From Balanoglossus misakiensis (lineage: Eukaryota; Animalia; Hemichordata), in NCBI GenBank assembly GCA_040954595.2, contig CM082577.2, forward strand, positions 9,759,846-9,823,845: a stretch of 64,000 nucleotides of DNA. Reading direction: 5' to 3'. A program made the position numbers and the translations under genes. Within the stretch, counting starts at the first letter, position 1; the number at the start of each line of letters is the position of its first letter. Of this stretch, positions 54,601 to 64,000 are shown piece after piece. The notes beneath the pieces were generated by a model, which did not search any database, was not told where the DNA came from, and saw only the letters and a list, made by a program, of their open reading frames with translations.

Positions 54601-57564
54601 TAAACAAAGTCCTTGGGATGACTTCAAAAGGGTCTCGGCTTGTTGCACTACAGGCTATAGTTGTCCAATAAATCACGTCGTGTTTATTTTACAGAAAAAA
54701 AAGGATCAGTTCTTTTGTTGTCTTGAAGAGACAGCTCAAACCTTGGCAAACCAAGATGTCGTTTTTTTGTTTTGTTTACTTTGGGTACTACTAGTGCTAG
54801 TAACATACACCCTTGGTGGCAGCTGAAACGCAAGTGTCAACTATTGTTGCCGTTTGACTTTGAATGGAAGTGGAAAAGATTTATCCTTGCGGGTGACTTT
54901 CGCGGAGTTAATGGAAAGTGGTCGAGGCATGGAGGTGTTCTGTTACCCAGAGTGGTGTAGACCCACTCCTGGGCATTGAAAGAAAATGTAACTTGGATGT
55001 ATTGGCTTGGCCTGTAAACAATCATTTCGCTGTCTTGACAAGTTGGTTGTTTGTCTGAAATGTTCTGCCAGTCATGACGAGATATTAAAATTAAAAGGCA
55101 AGAAAATGTAAAAAATTGATTTCAGGGGTGGACTCGATTAATTGCCAACCAACTATTTTCCATTTGTACATTTTTTTTTCTCTTTTTATTTTCACATATA
55201 AAATATCCTTGAATCGGGAATAAAGCATTATAATTTAAAAAAAAAAAACATAAAATAGCAAATCCATATAAGAAAGGGGCATTCCTATAAATTGAAACAG
55301 ACAGTCTGTGTTCATGCTTCTGTGATGTAGTCTTTTTCCTATTGTTTGCATGTGTAAAACCACTTAAATATACCACATACAAAAACCTAGCTGCATGGAT
55401 CTCAGAATCAAAAGCACACACAATGAATGTATATTTATAAAGTAAGTCACTGACGTCAAAATTATACCACGATCAATGAAAACTAATGTTCCCATGGAGA
55501 GCTTTCAAATGTTATTTTCTCCACCAGGATATTGCCTGTACTTTAATGTAAATGGCAATCGACAATTACACATACTGCCACCTGCACAAAACCAACCACC
55601 TGTACCAATATCACTTTAAATACCCTTTATTTTCTTAGCCTCTGAATGTTGAAATTAACATTGTCACACAACAATACAAGATAACCGAGTTTTGTGGTCA
55701 TCTTGTGAAAACAGTAATTCACAAAATCCCTGAAAAGTATGCTCCAAATGCTAGTATTTGCAAGAAACAATAGCTTCATTTGCATATCAAAACAGATCTT
55801 TGAATTTAACTGACAGGGAGTGATTACCATAAGTCACTTTCCTATCAAGCAAATGTTTTTTTTTTCTTAAATCATTTAAATTTTTATTGGGGTTTACTGT
55901 GGCATATCTATGCATTCCTCATTGGGGGGGGGGGGGGGAGTCTGAGTGTGATTGTAACATAGCAAAGTAGCAAATAGCCTCCATTAGACAAGAAATAAGC
56001 ATTAAGAAGAACATGATTTTTCCCCAGTTATTCCCTAGAAAGTTATGAACAAAAGACAGCTTGTTACCATAATCCTACTTCAAATATTCTGTCAGACACT
56101 ATTATTTGCCATTCTATTTTCATCAGGATTCTTAAGAGGTTTATTGACCACTACATTGTTTTTGTGACAAGCCATTGATTTTTTAGGTTGTTCACAGCAG
56201 GGCTAAAACCCATTATGCTTCAATTTAAAAGGGTGTTGAGTGGTCTGGGCGCAGGACTTGGGATTTGATGTCAGTACATCAGGAAAAGGGAACTGACATA
56301 ACCGCTTACAGTTGCTGTATAATAATGATTACCTAAATGCTGTAATTTGTGTTACTAAAACATCCCTATTGTCAGTGTATTGTGTCATCATCAGCAATTA
56401 GCCGAGAGTTCAAAGTTCACCTGAATAATAAACAATACCTCATGAAGACGAAGGGCGACTGTCGGGAATGTAGTGAGCGTATCGGGAAATGGGATTACTG
56501 TAAAAAAAATGCGCCAGGACTATTCATCTATCGTTGAATGTTTTGCTACTGGTCTTTGAACATTTGTGCGGACAAGTCGTTCGGCGTGACTGACATTACA
56601 GTGAGCAACCGAACAGAAGTGCAAAGCGCTGGCAGGTTGCCGAGTTTACATGTAGTTTGGACACCGGTCCCTTGTCCAGTATGATGTGGGTGGGGAGCCA
56701 GACAAACATAAGTTTTCAACATAAGTGTGCGAAATAAACTTGATAAATGAATGAAACGATAAATCACTCCATTTCAATGACGTGTGTGTGACCGGTTGAT
56801 GACCGATACATGCATACACACCCCCTTCTACATTATAATTCTTCTGGGACCAAGTCGATGGAATAAAAAATAAACATTTCGTCCACTCACCTCCCTCGAT
56901 AATTTTGTAGATTGCACGCTTTCTAGACGGATCATCTTTTATCAGCTTCTTGACATTAAACTTGTCGAGTAGAACCGGAATCAGTGTTTCAACCGTGGTT
57001 TCGCTGTCCAGTCGAACTGCCTTGGTCGCAAGTTTGTGGCCGTCGGTGTTTTCGAAATAGAATCTGAGAGCTCCTTCATATTTCAGTCCCTATAATTCAA
57101 GAGAAGGAAAATTGAGCATGACATAATTTAATGGTATTTATAATTTACCAAGTAACAGGCAGAAGTTAATGGTTTTCTGTCAATTTAAAAGGATGTCAGC
57201 TCAGATCAGGTAAACGACACCTCAAAATCGAAAAGTTCCAAGTTGTATATTACTAGTACATCAGGTTCTTATGTCAGTTTTCACTTACCTCAGAAAGAGT
57301 AATTTTGAACGTGTTCATCTGGTTCCGTCGGTTAAAATTAAAGATCTTGTCCGCCAAGTGTTCCCGCCTCGCCGATGGTCCCAGTTCTTCGCTGATGACG
57401 GCGCCGTTTTGCTCCTGCTGAGCCTGTAGGTGCAGGGTCCTCAGGTGAGCGAGGACTCGGGGATCGGTGAGCATGTTGATGCTGGACCGCTTCCTTTGGT
57501 AGAGTCCCTCCAGATCGCCATTGCCGCTGGCCAGCTCCTCGATGAGGTCGTCTTTGGTCGTCAT
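27976..57564 (-). CDS. RADIL: Ras-associating and dilute domain-containing protein (RADIL/RASIP1 family; RA-RA-FHA-DIL-PDZ), 13 exons, about 1853 aa
   Basis: Exons 57564-57289, 57089-56891, 45786-43787, 42237-42200, 40540-40291, 34992-34764, 34258-34086, 33761-33611, 32352-32200, 31869-30199, 28958-28777, 28377-28238 and 28075-27976 join in frame (5562 nt). Motifs: [22 protein letters not shown] (RA), DILPQHCWV...[11 protein letters not shown] (FHA), FWMANALE / [16 protein letters not shown] / QIRGNLD (DIL), [27 protein letters not shown] (C-terminal PDZ). The protein ends right after the PDZ, as in RADIL rather than afadin. Confidence 0.92.
28238..28377 (-). CDS. RADIL: RADIL exon 12 (PDZ)
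   Basis: [46 protein letters not shown]; not in the ORF track. Confidence 0.94.
28777..28958 (-). CDS. RADIL: RADIL exon 11 (start of PDZ)
   Basis: GVSESEMD...[23 protein letters not shown]. Confidence 0.92.
30199..31869 (-). CDS. RADIL: RADIL exon 10 (1671-nt low-complexity His/Gln/Pro-rich linker)
   Basis: 579-aa ORF; TTTACAG|GA acceptor; G|GTAAGT donor; phase 1-1 fits both neighbours. Confidence 0.85.
32022..32090. repeat. Dispersed repeat carrying TGCTGACTCAGCA (other copies ~34382-34447 reversed, ~39868-39900)
   Basis: Shared flanks AAAA(C/G)TGCTGACTCAGCATTTTCCAC; 34382-34447 is an approximate reverse complement of 32022-32090. Confidence 0.65.
32200..32352 (-). CDS. RADIL: RADIL exon 9
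   Basis: [16 protein letters not shown]...TIYT; phase 1-1. Confidence 0.9.
33611..33761 (-). CDS. RADIL: RADIL exon 8 (DIL)
   Basis: [25 protein letters not shown]...ALRT. Confidence 0.92.
34086..34258 (-). CDS. RADIL: RADIL exon 7 (DIL)
   Basis: [20 protein letters not shown]...[13 protein letters not shown]. Confidence 0.93.
34764..34992 (-). CDS. RADIL: RADIL exon 6 (DIL)
   Basis: [15 protein letters not shown]...[21 protein letters not shown]. Confidence 0.93.
35928..36654. mobile_element. 713-bp foldback element with ~215-bp TIRs and 7-bp TSD (P-superfamily-like)
   Basis: GTTATAG|CACAGGGAACTTAGTAA ... TTACTAAGTTCCCTGTG|GTTATAG; arms 35935-36149 and 36425-36647, each containing (GTT)n. 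Confidence 0.85.
37687..37779. mobile_element. ~85-bp piggyBac-like MITE, copy 2
   Basis: TTAA|CCCTTTCACC...GGTGAAGGGG|TTAA; CCC...GGG termini with TTAA TSD. Confidence 0.8.
39988..40201. mobile_element. Tc1/mariner-type MITE with TA TSD, copy 1
   Basis: TA|CTGTAAAACACTTTATTTTCGCG ... CGCGAAAATAAAGTGTTTAATTTACAG|TA; homologous to 53005-53217. Confidence 0.82.
40291..40540 (-). CDS. RADIL: RADIL exon 5
   Basis: [33 protein letters not shown]...[12 protein letters not shown]. Confidence 0.93.
42200..42237 (-). CDS. RADIL: RADIL exon 4 (38-nt micro-exon [12 protein letters not shown])
   Basis: CAG|GAC acceptor; AG|GTGAGT donor; gives [11 protein letters not shown], like the RADIL WEKTKEL motif; bridges phase 0 to phase 2. 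Confidence 0.85.
43787..45786 (-). CDS. RADIL: RADIL exon 3 (end of RA1, RA2, FHA; 2000 nt)
   Basis: Covers the 667-aa ORF; CACAG|AT acceptor; TGG|GTAAGT donor. Confidence 0.95.
45858..45971. mobile_element. Helentron/HINE-like element end (microsatellite + terminal hairpin + A run)
   Basis: GACGGACATACATCCATACATACAGA, then hairpin AGGTCCCA-C-TGGTATA...TATACCA-AA-TGGGACCT, then AAAA. Confidence 0.45.
49214..49337. repeat. ~125-bp imperfect palindrome (probably decayed MITE)
   Basis: TATGTGTG..CTGTTATTGTTA..GAATTCTAGTC / GACTTGAATTC..TAACAATAACAG..TACACATA arms with a 2-nt loop. Confidence 0.6.
52281..52475. repeat. 99-bp tandem duplication (2 copies)
   Basis: CTATTTGTACCTGCC...AAAATTTGCTTATT repeated at 52281 and 52380; identical as read. 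Confidence 0.95.
52505..52604. mobile_element. Truncated copy of the 831-1105 TTAA element
   Basis: About 100 bp closely similar to 831-932 (TTAAAGGGACAAAGTCTCTC...TATAGTGAATCAAC). Confidence 0.8.
53005..53217. mobile_element. Tc1/mariner-type MITE with TA TSD, copy 2
   Basis: TA|CTGTAAAACGGGTTATTTTTGCG ... GCGAAAATAACCTGTTTTACAG|TA; same internal sequence as 39988-40201. Confidence 0.82.
54021..54150. repeat. Compound tetranucleotide microsatellite (ATGA/GATG/TACA/CAGA)
   Basis: Read directly from sequence. Confidence 0.9.
56891..57089 (-). CDS. RADIL: RADIL exon 2 (afadin-type RA1)
   Basis: [44 protein letters not shown]...IYKIIEG; TAG acceptor; G|GTGAGT donor, phase 1. Confidence 0.85.
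57289..57564 (-). CDS. RADIL: RADIL exon 1
   Basis: [14 protein letters not shown]...[28 protein letters not shown]; GAG|GTAAGT donor, phase 0. Confidence 0.78.
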
Positions 57565-58845
57565 TTTTTTTAGTTCAGACCGCCGTGGCACCGAGTTTAC
57601 AGACTTGTAAATCACCTCTTACATTTCTGGCCGCTACGAGTGGCGAAGAAACCCATCGCCGAATCCATACAAAGGTTTTTAGTTAACAAGTCTGTCACAC
57701 AATCAGAAGGTGCGAATCACTACTGAGTATGCTACCAAAACAAGCCTGCATTTTGAGACTTCAATAATCTGTAGAGCGCCACCACGGACGACAGATTCCC
57801 ATCGAAATAGAGGGAGCACCTCAGAAGAAGTTTCCAAGACGTGCCAATTATAATAGTTTTTCGAAATTAAATGAACTTTTGGAGCTCTAACAAAGACATG
57901 CCAATAGGTTTTATTCATCATACCCCCAGGCACCAGCTTCTGAGATAAACAATGATGCGAGCGGAAGAATTAGCGTCTTCGGTCGCAGGACAATCAGAAA
58001 TTTCTCGTTGAAGTTCTTCAAGGCCTAATCCCTTTTCAGACATTGGTAAATCGCCTTATAACTGTGCCTGCACAAATCCGGTGGTTAACATAACAATGCA
58101 GCCACGATGTCTAAATGAAACACCTGAATGTTGCGAGTCGGCAGCACACAAGGCATACGAGGCCAAAAAACCTAGCTCGACAGCCTTCACCTCAGTCAAA
58201 ACAGTGCATTTTGCGCACTTTCGACATTTTGCCACTGGTCTAACTTATAGTCACTCTACATCTGATCGTATAATGCCAATGGTGCGATTTTAATTTGGCC
58301 AATTTTCCCTACTTTCAGATGAGCGTGTTTCAAGTTGTCTCATGCTGGATATTACATGCTAGGCAATTCCGGATTGGTGTAAATGTAACCGATCACCGAA
58401 AAAAAAACTTTCCACGCGTCTAAATGTTATAGGCTAATTGAAGCATCAAACTTTAGATAGGCTTAATATGCCTTCATTTCAACCGATTTTATCCAAACAA
58501 TTAAAAAACAAGGAATCGACAATGCTACTGAAATTGACAAAGTTATTGCTCGATTGTTCCGACTAGGACCCGTTAGGCCTATATCATACTTTTTTTTATT
58601 TTTGCCAATATACTCAATTTGTGTATTAGTTCAGCCTGACGTAAATTACCATCGGTCTATTTAGGCGTAGACTACAGACATCCGTATTTTAAGTAAGATG
58701 TAATGATGACAATATTTCATCAGATCAACTACATGTACTTGGGGTTTCGATATGGATCGATCAACATTTAACTACAGTGGAAAAATTCACATGCATGGGT
58801 AACTTTAGTATATAGGCCGGTGCGGTGAGAAGTCGGCCAGTAAAT

Positions 58846-59079
58846 TTAAGGCTGCCGCATACGAAATTACATGTAGTTGAACAAAACGTCATTCGAGAAA
58901 TTTTGCTCAGCAATTTTCATCCGTTTGCGGGCGAATTTTCCTGATCTTTTTACTTTTGTGCGATTTTCAACATGTTTGATATTTTACTCAAGACCACCGC
59001 ACACGAGAGAAACTTGCAGAGCAAAATTCCTCGAATGACTTTTTGCTCAGCTAATTTCTCTCGTGTGCGGCAGCTTTAA
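58846..59079. mobile_element. TTAA-flanked palindromic MITE in the RADIL/OGFOD3 intergenic region
   Basis: TTAA|GGCTGCCGCATACG ... CGTGTGCGGCAGCT|TTAA, with ~80-bp imperfect inverted arms. Confidence 0.75.
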
Positions 59080-60025
59080 CAGAAGTCGGCCAACTTGAAT
59101 GCCCGCCACACGAGGAGTCGGTCAGTTGTTGAACTTGAACCCGAATAGTGCAATGACCCAGATTACAAATTCTATTTATATGTAAGACACAGTGGTACAG
59201 ACATTTTAATGTTTTGTGAGCTTGAGATAAAATAAATAAAACAATCATAGTGCTTAGACCCAAACTTCAAACCGATCATTTCAAATTTGGTAGCCCTTCA
59301 TTGGAAACAACTTTCAAGCACTGTCGGTGAAGAACGAGAGTAGACAACGAAAAACAAAATACTTACTTCTCCAAAAATAAGTTACAATACAATTACACCG
59401 TGTCATTTGTTTATAATAAACAGTTACTTGTATGTGTCAGGCAAACTGGAGACTCATGCTACGCCTTTAAAATCTGGACACTCAAAAAGTCGCTCAATTT
59501 TGAGACTTTTTTGGTTATTTTAGTTTCTTTTTGGAAGCTTATATAATTATGTTGTTGTTCATCTGACCGAAATCATAATAATATATTCAACAGTGACTAG
59601 TTGAATTGTCCCAGCTCATCCCTAGTATAGGCCTAGTATTGTAATTGTGGTGTGTGTATCTGAAGTGAAGGTCATTGAGGCTGCGGTCACCGTGACACTA
59701 ATGACCTTACACACGCCAGACATAAACACCAGCCTGGGCGCAAATTTACCCCATTGCGATAGAGAAAATGTGGCCTGCCCGGGCCACTGGCAGCTCCTGC
59801 ATCTTTACAGACGGAACTGAAATACGCAACGTTTATATCCACCACCAATATACCAGTATATTTCAACTTTGCCGCGGTCTATTTATAAGCGGAAGTTTGC
59901 CTCGGAACAAACACGCATGCGTCGCGACCTTTGAACGTAACCTCCTTGAGCCCGTACCTGTGATATCAAGTGCACGATAGTGTACTCCTTTTTTTCTGCA
60001 TATAACTTTAAAATAACGGGCGAAA

Positions 60026-60129
60026 ATGAGCACGAGAAAACGGAAGGACGTGAAGAAAAAGCCCGTGAGTCCTGATGTGCGAGGAACGGACGAAACAGAC
60101 GAGAAGCAAGTACCATATCGCGAAGTTAG
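60026..60129 (+). CDS. OGFOD3: OGFOD3 exon 1
   Basis: MSTRKRKDVKKKPVSPDVRGTDETDEKQVPYREV; AG|GTGAGA donor, phase 2. Confidence 0.75.
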
Positions 60130-63100
60130 GTGAGAGAATTAAAATCGTCACGACTCGCATTCATGATTCAATATTGTACCAGAGGGATTCGGTGATTGCA
60201 CATTGATCATCGATGTGCCTGGTCAGCCTCGTTGCCAATGTTGCCGTCCATGAACGATACAGAAATTACGTCACTGATAAATGTATGGGACGATACTTGA
60301 TCGTTGCCTCTGTGAAAAAAATATTGAGTCTTTCAAATACGTGAAATGACGACATCAACATTATATTATTCTTTTGTCAGACATGCATGTATCAGTTTCC
60401 TGTATTTGTCTCTGCACGCCTGACGACATCGCACGCCACAGCTGGTCTTTATCCAAATCAGCTGATTCTATGTCGCACCGCATGGCCCAACTCTTATAGC
60501 AGAGAGTGCGAGCCCGGTCCATGCATTTATACAATAATAACTGAAACCTCATGCAATGAATTTTCCAGGCTTTACTCCCCTGAGAGCAATGGTAGTGTTA
60601 TAATAATGATTCTTTTCCGTCTTCAGTATTCCAATTCAATTACTGAACAGTATATGAATGCAAATGATTAAAATATTGGTCAAAGGTAGTCCACAGTCTG
60701 TAATAGTCAAGCTGTGTGTGTGGATTAATTTTGAATAGTGCAATATGTATTTTGATCGTCCATGATATTGTGACCTTGAACTGCGTGTGTGAAACCATGG
60801 CCTTCAACTTGAATTTACAGGTTAAACTCCATTGTGCACACTGAGCATGGGGAAGATTTCACCTTTTTATCATGTAATTCCTGATACATTTTTCTTGGAC
60901 CAGCAGAACATCAACAGACCCATCCGTGTACAAGAAAGCGGTCAACAGGGCATTAGTGCGAGTGGCCTTCATCGCGGCTTTCCTCATCGGCCTGATGTTC
61001 ATCCGAGGGAAAGAGGACGTGAAAATACTGGCGGCGCAGTCGGAGAGCGTCGAGAGGCGCACCTACCAGAGGTCCTGTTCCAAGGATTACGACAATTACA
61101 AAAGGATACCAGGTCAGTTTGCATTCTTGTACCTCATGTTTTTTTTTTATGCCAGTGGCATACCGTCCTAATTCCTTGTCAAGTTGGTATTCTTGTACTT
61201 TGTGTTATTTGTATCAGTGGTGACACACCATCCTTGCTTAGTTTGTAAGAAAAGGGGTACAATGAAACCTGTCTAAACAGAACCCTGTCTAATCTTGAAA
61301 CATGTCTAAACGGGACACCTTTTCACAGTCCCTTAGTCCTAGTATCAGGACGCATTTTATAAACAATTGCTTTCTGGGCAATTTTCTGCATCAGCAATGC
61401 CTGCTGTTTCATGTGAACTGCATTATTGACCCATATGCTAATTACTCCGTGATTTCCATGTATTCTGAAGGATGCACTCCGACAAGGTGCGGTCGGATCA
61501 TTATGGATGGAGTCGTCACAGAGGAAGAAGCTAGGAGATTGTTACAGTAAGTACATGTACATGAGTGTGTCCCTATAAAGTGTCCAAGTAAAAATGTTTC
61601 AATTTTGGGGGTTCACCTACAAACTGTACAGTGATTTTGTTTTCTTTTTGTAGGATAGCTAAAAAGGGATTTGCATTTGGTGGTTCAAATGGCGGGGTAA
61701 GTATGCATAACTTGTTACAACTTGTACGGATCAGGCAGAAACAGGACTGTGAATACAATCATAATGTAATTTCTCAGGGTTGCTTTTCGTAAGTGCTAGA
61801 TGTGAAATTTAAAGACAACTTCATGTAGACACGCTTGAGCTCAATCTTAACAGTAATCTTTCTGATTCTGTTCATCACATACACAGGCATCAATCTTAGA
61901 CCTTCACTCTGGTGCTCTGTCTAAAGGGGACAGTTTTATAAACCTTTTCAAGTAAGTATACACCTGTGGTCTCACAGCTGATACAGTAAACACATACACA
62001 CTGTGAAAATCAATGTATGCACTGATATTCTCAAGAGTTTTGAGACAAGTGTTGTCACATACTGTCACATTTATGCAAAACTGAAGAGTTACTTAACACT
62101 TTCTTTTTTCAAACATAAATTTACAGATATTTAGAGCAGAAAAACTTTGGTCCAATCTTTACAGAGGAGGATGCCCAAGTATACAAGTAAGTCTTGATTT
62201 TAACGCATTACTGACTTCAGAAGCTTGTGTATAGGGCGCCCTCCAGTGTTGAAACCAAGACCTCATAACAGTGGTGCAACCTGGACTGTCATGAACTTTT
62301 CACTTGAAGTTGAAATGCAAAAAGATTGTAAACGAGACGATTTGATAGCAGATAAATTCGTATAACTGTAGTTGCCACTTTCAACTGGTCTTTTATTCTG
62401 GAGACTGAAATGTACTGAGTACTGGGTGGATCTCTTGTCTCTTATATTGCTGCTTGCTGGAAAAGCACATTATTATGACTCATAAACTCCCTTTAAAGTG
62501 GTCATTTCCACGAGAAACATGTACACAGTTTAATTCCATATAGTCGGCGCTTGGTGTTGTGTCTTTGGTGTTCTGCTGTGGAGTTTGTGAAACACTGAAT
62601 TTATAAGAAACTCATCCATGATAGTGCCTGGCATAGTGCCTGGGTCGCCAATATATGGACAGAGAAGTCTGCTGAGAGTCTAGCAGAAACCTAGAAATGG
62701 TGTGATTTTCTCCCTGTAGAAACGTGAAGAACAGGATAAGGAAGACGATTGCGGGAGAATTTGGTTTCAACATAAAGAGGTTGCACCTGACGCATCCGAC
62801 GTTTTTCTCGAGATTGACAAGCGCCCCGGCGCAGACCATTCACGACGAATACTGGCATCCGCACATTGATAAGGTGGGCAGATAGTCTTGTTAACACTTT
62901 GAACCCTGACCCCTGGTGACCTGTAGGCACAGTGTAGGGATTCACTCCATGCACAGGGTTCAGGAGAATAATGGTCAAAAACGGCAGTTAGGGGGATGGG
63001 TATTGTTGAGGTGTGTAGAGTGAAAGAATTTTATGAGTGGACATGCAAGTGGGAGGCATGGACTGGTATAAGGAGATTGCACGTACCTGTACAAGCATTT

Positions 63101-63913
63101 GTGTATTTAGAAGTGCATTTTTTGTCTGAAAAATATTTTTATATTTTACATGTTCTGTCTATTCAAATCATAGATTTTGGAGATTCAAATGAACATTTGT
63201 GTTGTTTATTAATTCAGATAACGTATGAAACATTTGACTACACATCACTAGTGTATCTCAACGACTACGGCAAAGACTTCAGCGGTGGCCGATTTGTGTT
63301 TGCTGATAAAGAAGCCAACTGGACAGTGGAGCCAAAGCTAGGTAAGGGATAAGGGGAGAAATTAATAAGTACTATAAAATGGGAAAACTTAATCGTTGCG
63401 TAAAAGTTGCCTCTCTTTATATAGTGAAAATTTCCTGCAGCGAAAATTTCCCGTTTTACAGTATTTTGTGTGATGTAATCTGTCTAAAAATGGTCTTTCA
63501 TAATGTTTGATGATTTGTTGCATATTTTGACATGAAACTGTTTCAATTAGGAATTTTCATGATGCAAGATGGCTAATTAGCATATATTGTGCATATAAAT
63601 TGCAATTCACAAAATTTAATATGTACATTAATCTTTTCTGAGATATGTAAATAAGAGTAGAGATTCAGCTGAATAATACCATTGTTCTCCATTTTAAATT
63701 TCACCTTGAATTAGTCTTCATGAAGTATGTGAAGGTCAGCCAATAGTGTCTTGTCTTGTATTGTTTTCGGTAGGCCGGTTATCGCTCTTCACGTCCGGGT
63801 CCGAGAATCTGCACTACGTCGAGAAGGTGTCGTCGGGGACTCGCTACGCCATCACCGTGTCCTTCACGTGCGACGAAGACCACGCCATCAGCGATCCCGA
63901 CTTTTTGCACTGA
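60026..63913 (+). CDS. OGFOD3: 2-oxoglutarate/Fe(II)-dependent oxygenase domain-containing protein 3, 9 exons, 323 aa
   Basis: Exons 60026-60129, 60907-61112, 61471-61546, 61654-61696, 61887-61951, 62127-62186, 62720-62873, 63218-63341 and 63774-63913 join in frame (972 nt). Features: N-terminal TM helix, GCTP..CGR, GGSNGGASILDLHSGALS, PTFFSR, HDEYWHPHIDK (HxD), FDYTSLVYL, FTSGSENLH (distal His), GTRYAIT (2OG-binding Arg). Confidence 0.95.
60907..61112 (+). CDS. OGFOD3: OGFOD3 exon 2 (TM helix)
   Basis: CAGCAG| acceptor; ALVRVAFIAAFLIGLMFI...CSKDYDNYKRIP. Confidence 0.88.
61258..61345 (+). mobile_element. Truncated pogo/Tc1-like MITE end
   Basis: TA|CAATGAAACCTGTCTAAAC followed by repeated TGTCTAA sub-terminal motifs; no matching second end seen. 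Confidence 0.4.
61471..61546 (+). CDS. OGFOD3: OGFOD3 exon 3
   Basis: GCTPTRCGRIIMDGVVTEEEARRLL. Confidence 0.92.
61654..61696 (+). CDS. OGFOD3: OGFOD3 exon 4
   Basis: IAKKGFAFGGSNGG; 43 nt. Confidence 0.9.
61887..61951 (+). CDS. OGFOD3: OGFOD3 exon 5
   Basis: ASILDLHSGALSKGDSFINLF. Confidence 0.92.
62127..62186 (+). CDS. OGFOD3: OGFOD3 exon 6
   Basis: YLEQKNFGPIFTEEDAQVY; phase 2-2. Confidence 0.88.
62720..62873 (+). CDS. OGFOD3: OGFOD3 exon 7
   Basis: NVKNRIRKTIAGEFG...LTHPTFFSR...HDEYWHPHIDK. Confidence 0.94.
63218..63341 (+). CDS. OGFOD3: OGFOD3 exon 8
   Basis: ITYETFDYTSLVYLNDYGKDFSGGRFVF...VEPKL. Confidence 0.94.
63370..63463. mobile_element. Short related TA-TSD MITE
   Basis: TA|CTATAAAATGGGAAAA ... 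AATTTCCCGTTTTACAG|TA. Confidence 0.6.
63774..63913 (+). CDS. OGFOD3: OGFOD3 exon 9 (terminal)
   Basis: GRLSLFTSGSENLHYVEKVSSGTRYAITVSFTCDEDHAISDPDFLH*. Confidence 0.94.
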
Positions 63914-64000
63914 TTGTTTGCCGACAGCTGGTGAAAGCAGATCGCCAGAGATGAAAAATTTGTTATTACATGAAATTATGATTAAAAGTGTGGTAATCTG

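Noticed and set aside
27976-57564. Calling the large gene afadin/canoe
   Set aside because: It ends immediately after the PDZ (RFLVAKSD..stop), lacks the long proline-rich/F-actin-binding tail, and its RA2 and DIL motifs are RADIL-type.

Overview
This is eukaryotic, intron-rich animal genomic DNA. It is probably from a marine invertebrate deuterostome, inferred from gene content, intron style and repeats; the species cannot be called from sequence alone. Four spliced protein-coding genes were reconstructed by hand, with GT-AG introns and consistent phases: (1) the first three coding exons of an MPRIP/TRIOBP/outspread-family gene (- strand, 2532->1386, continuing off the left edge); (2) a complete 7-exon MMD/MMD2 (PAQR10/11) gene (+, 8302-21862, 271 aa); (3) a complete 13-exon RADIL-family gene (-, 57564->27976, about 1853 aa; RA-RA-FHA-DIL-PDZ) with an extra afadin-type N-terminal RA domain; (4) a complete 9-exon OGFOD3 gene (+, 60026-63913, 323 aa). 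Introns hold several non-autonomous DNA transposons/MITEs (TTAA-, TA- and 7-bp-TSD types), microsatellites and a 99-bp tandem duplication. The most notable signal is the octamer TACATGTA. It is strongly over-represented (at least 27 copies counted by eye) and clustered in the MMD gene body. In two separate inverted-repeat elements one arm has TA where the other has TACATGTA, which directly shows TA->TACATGTA insertion, the shape of a Tc1/mariner excision footprint. No rRNA, tRNA or CRISPR features were seen, and most short ORFs in the track are non-coding noise.
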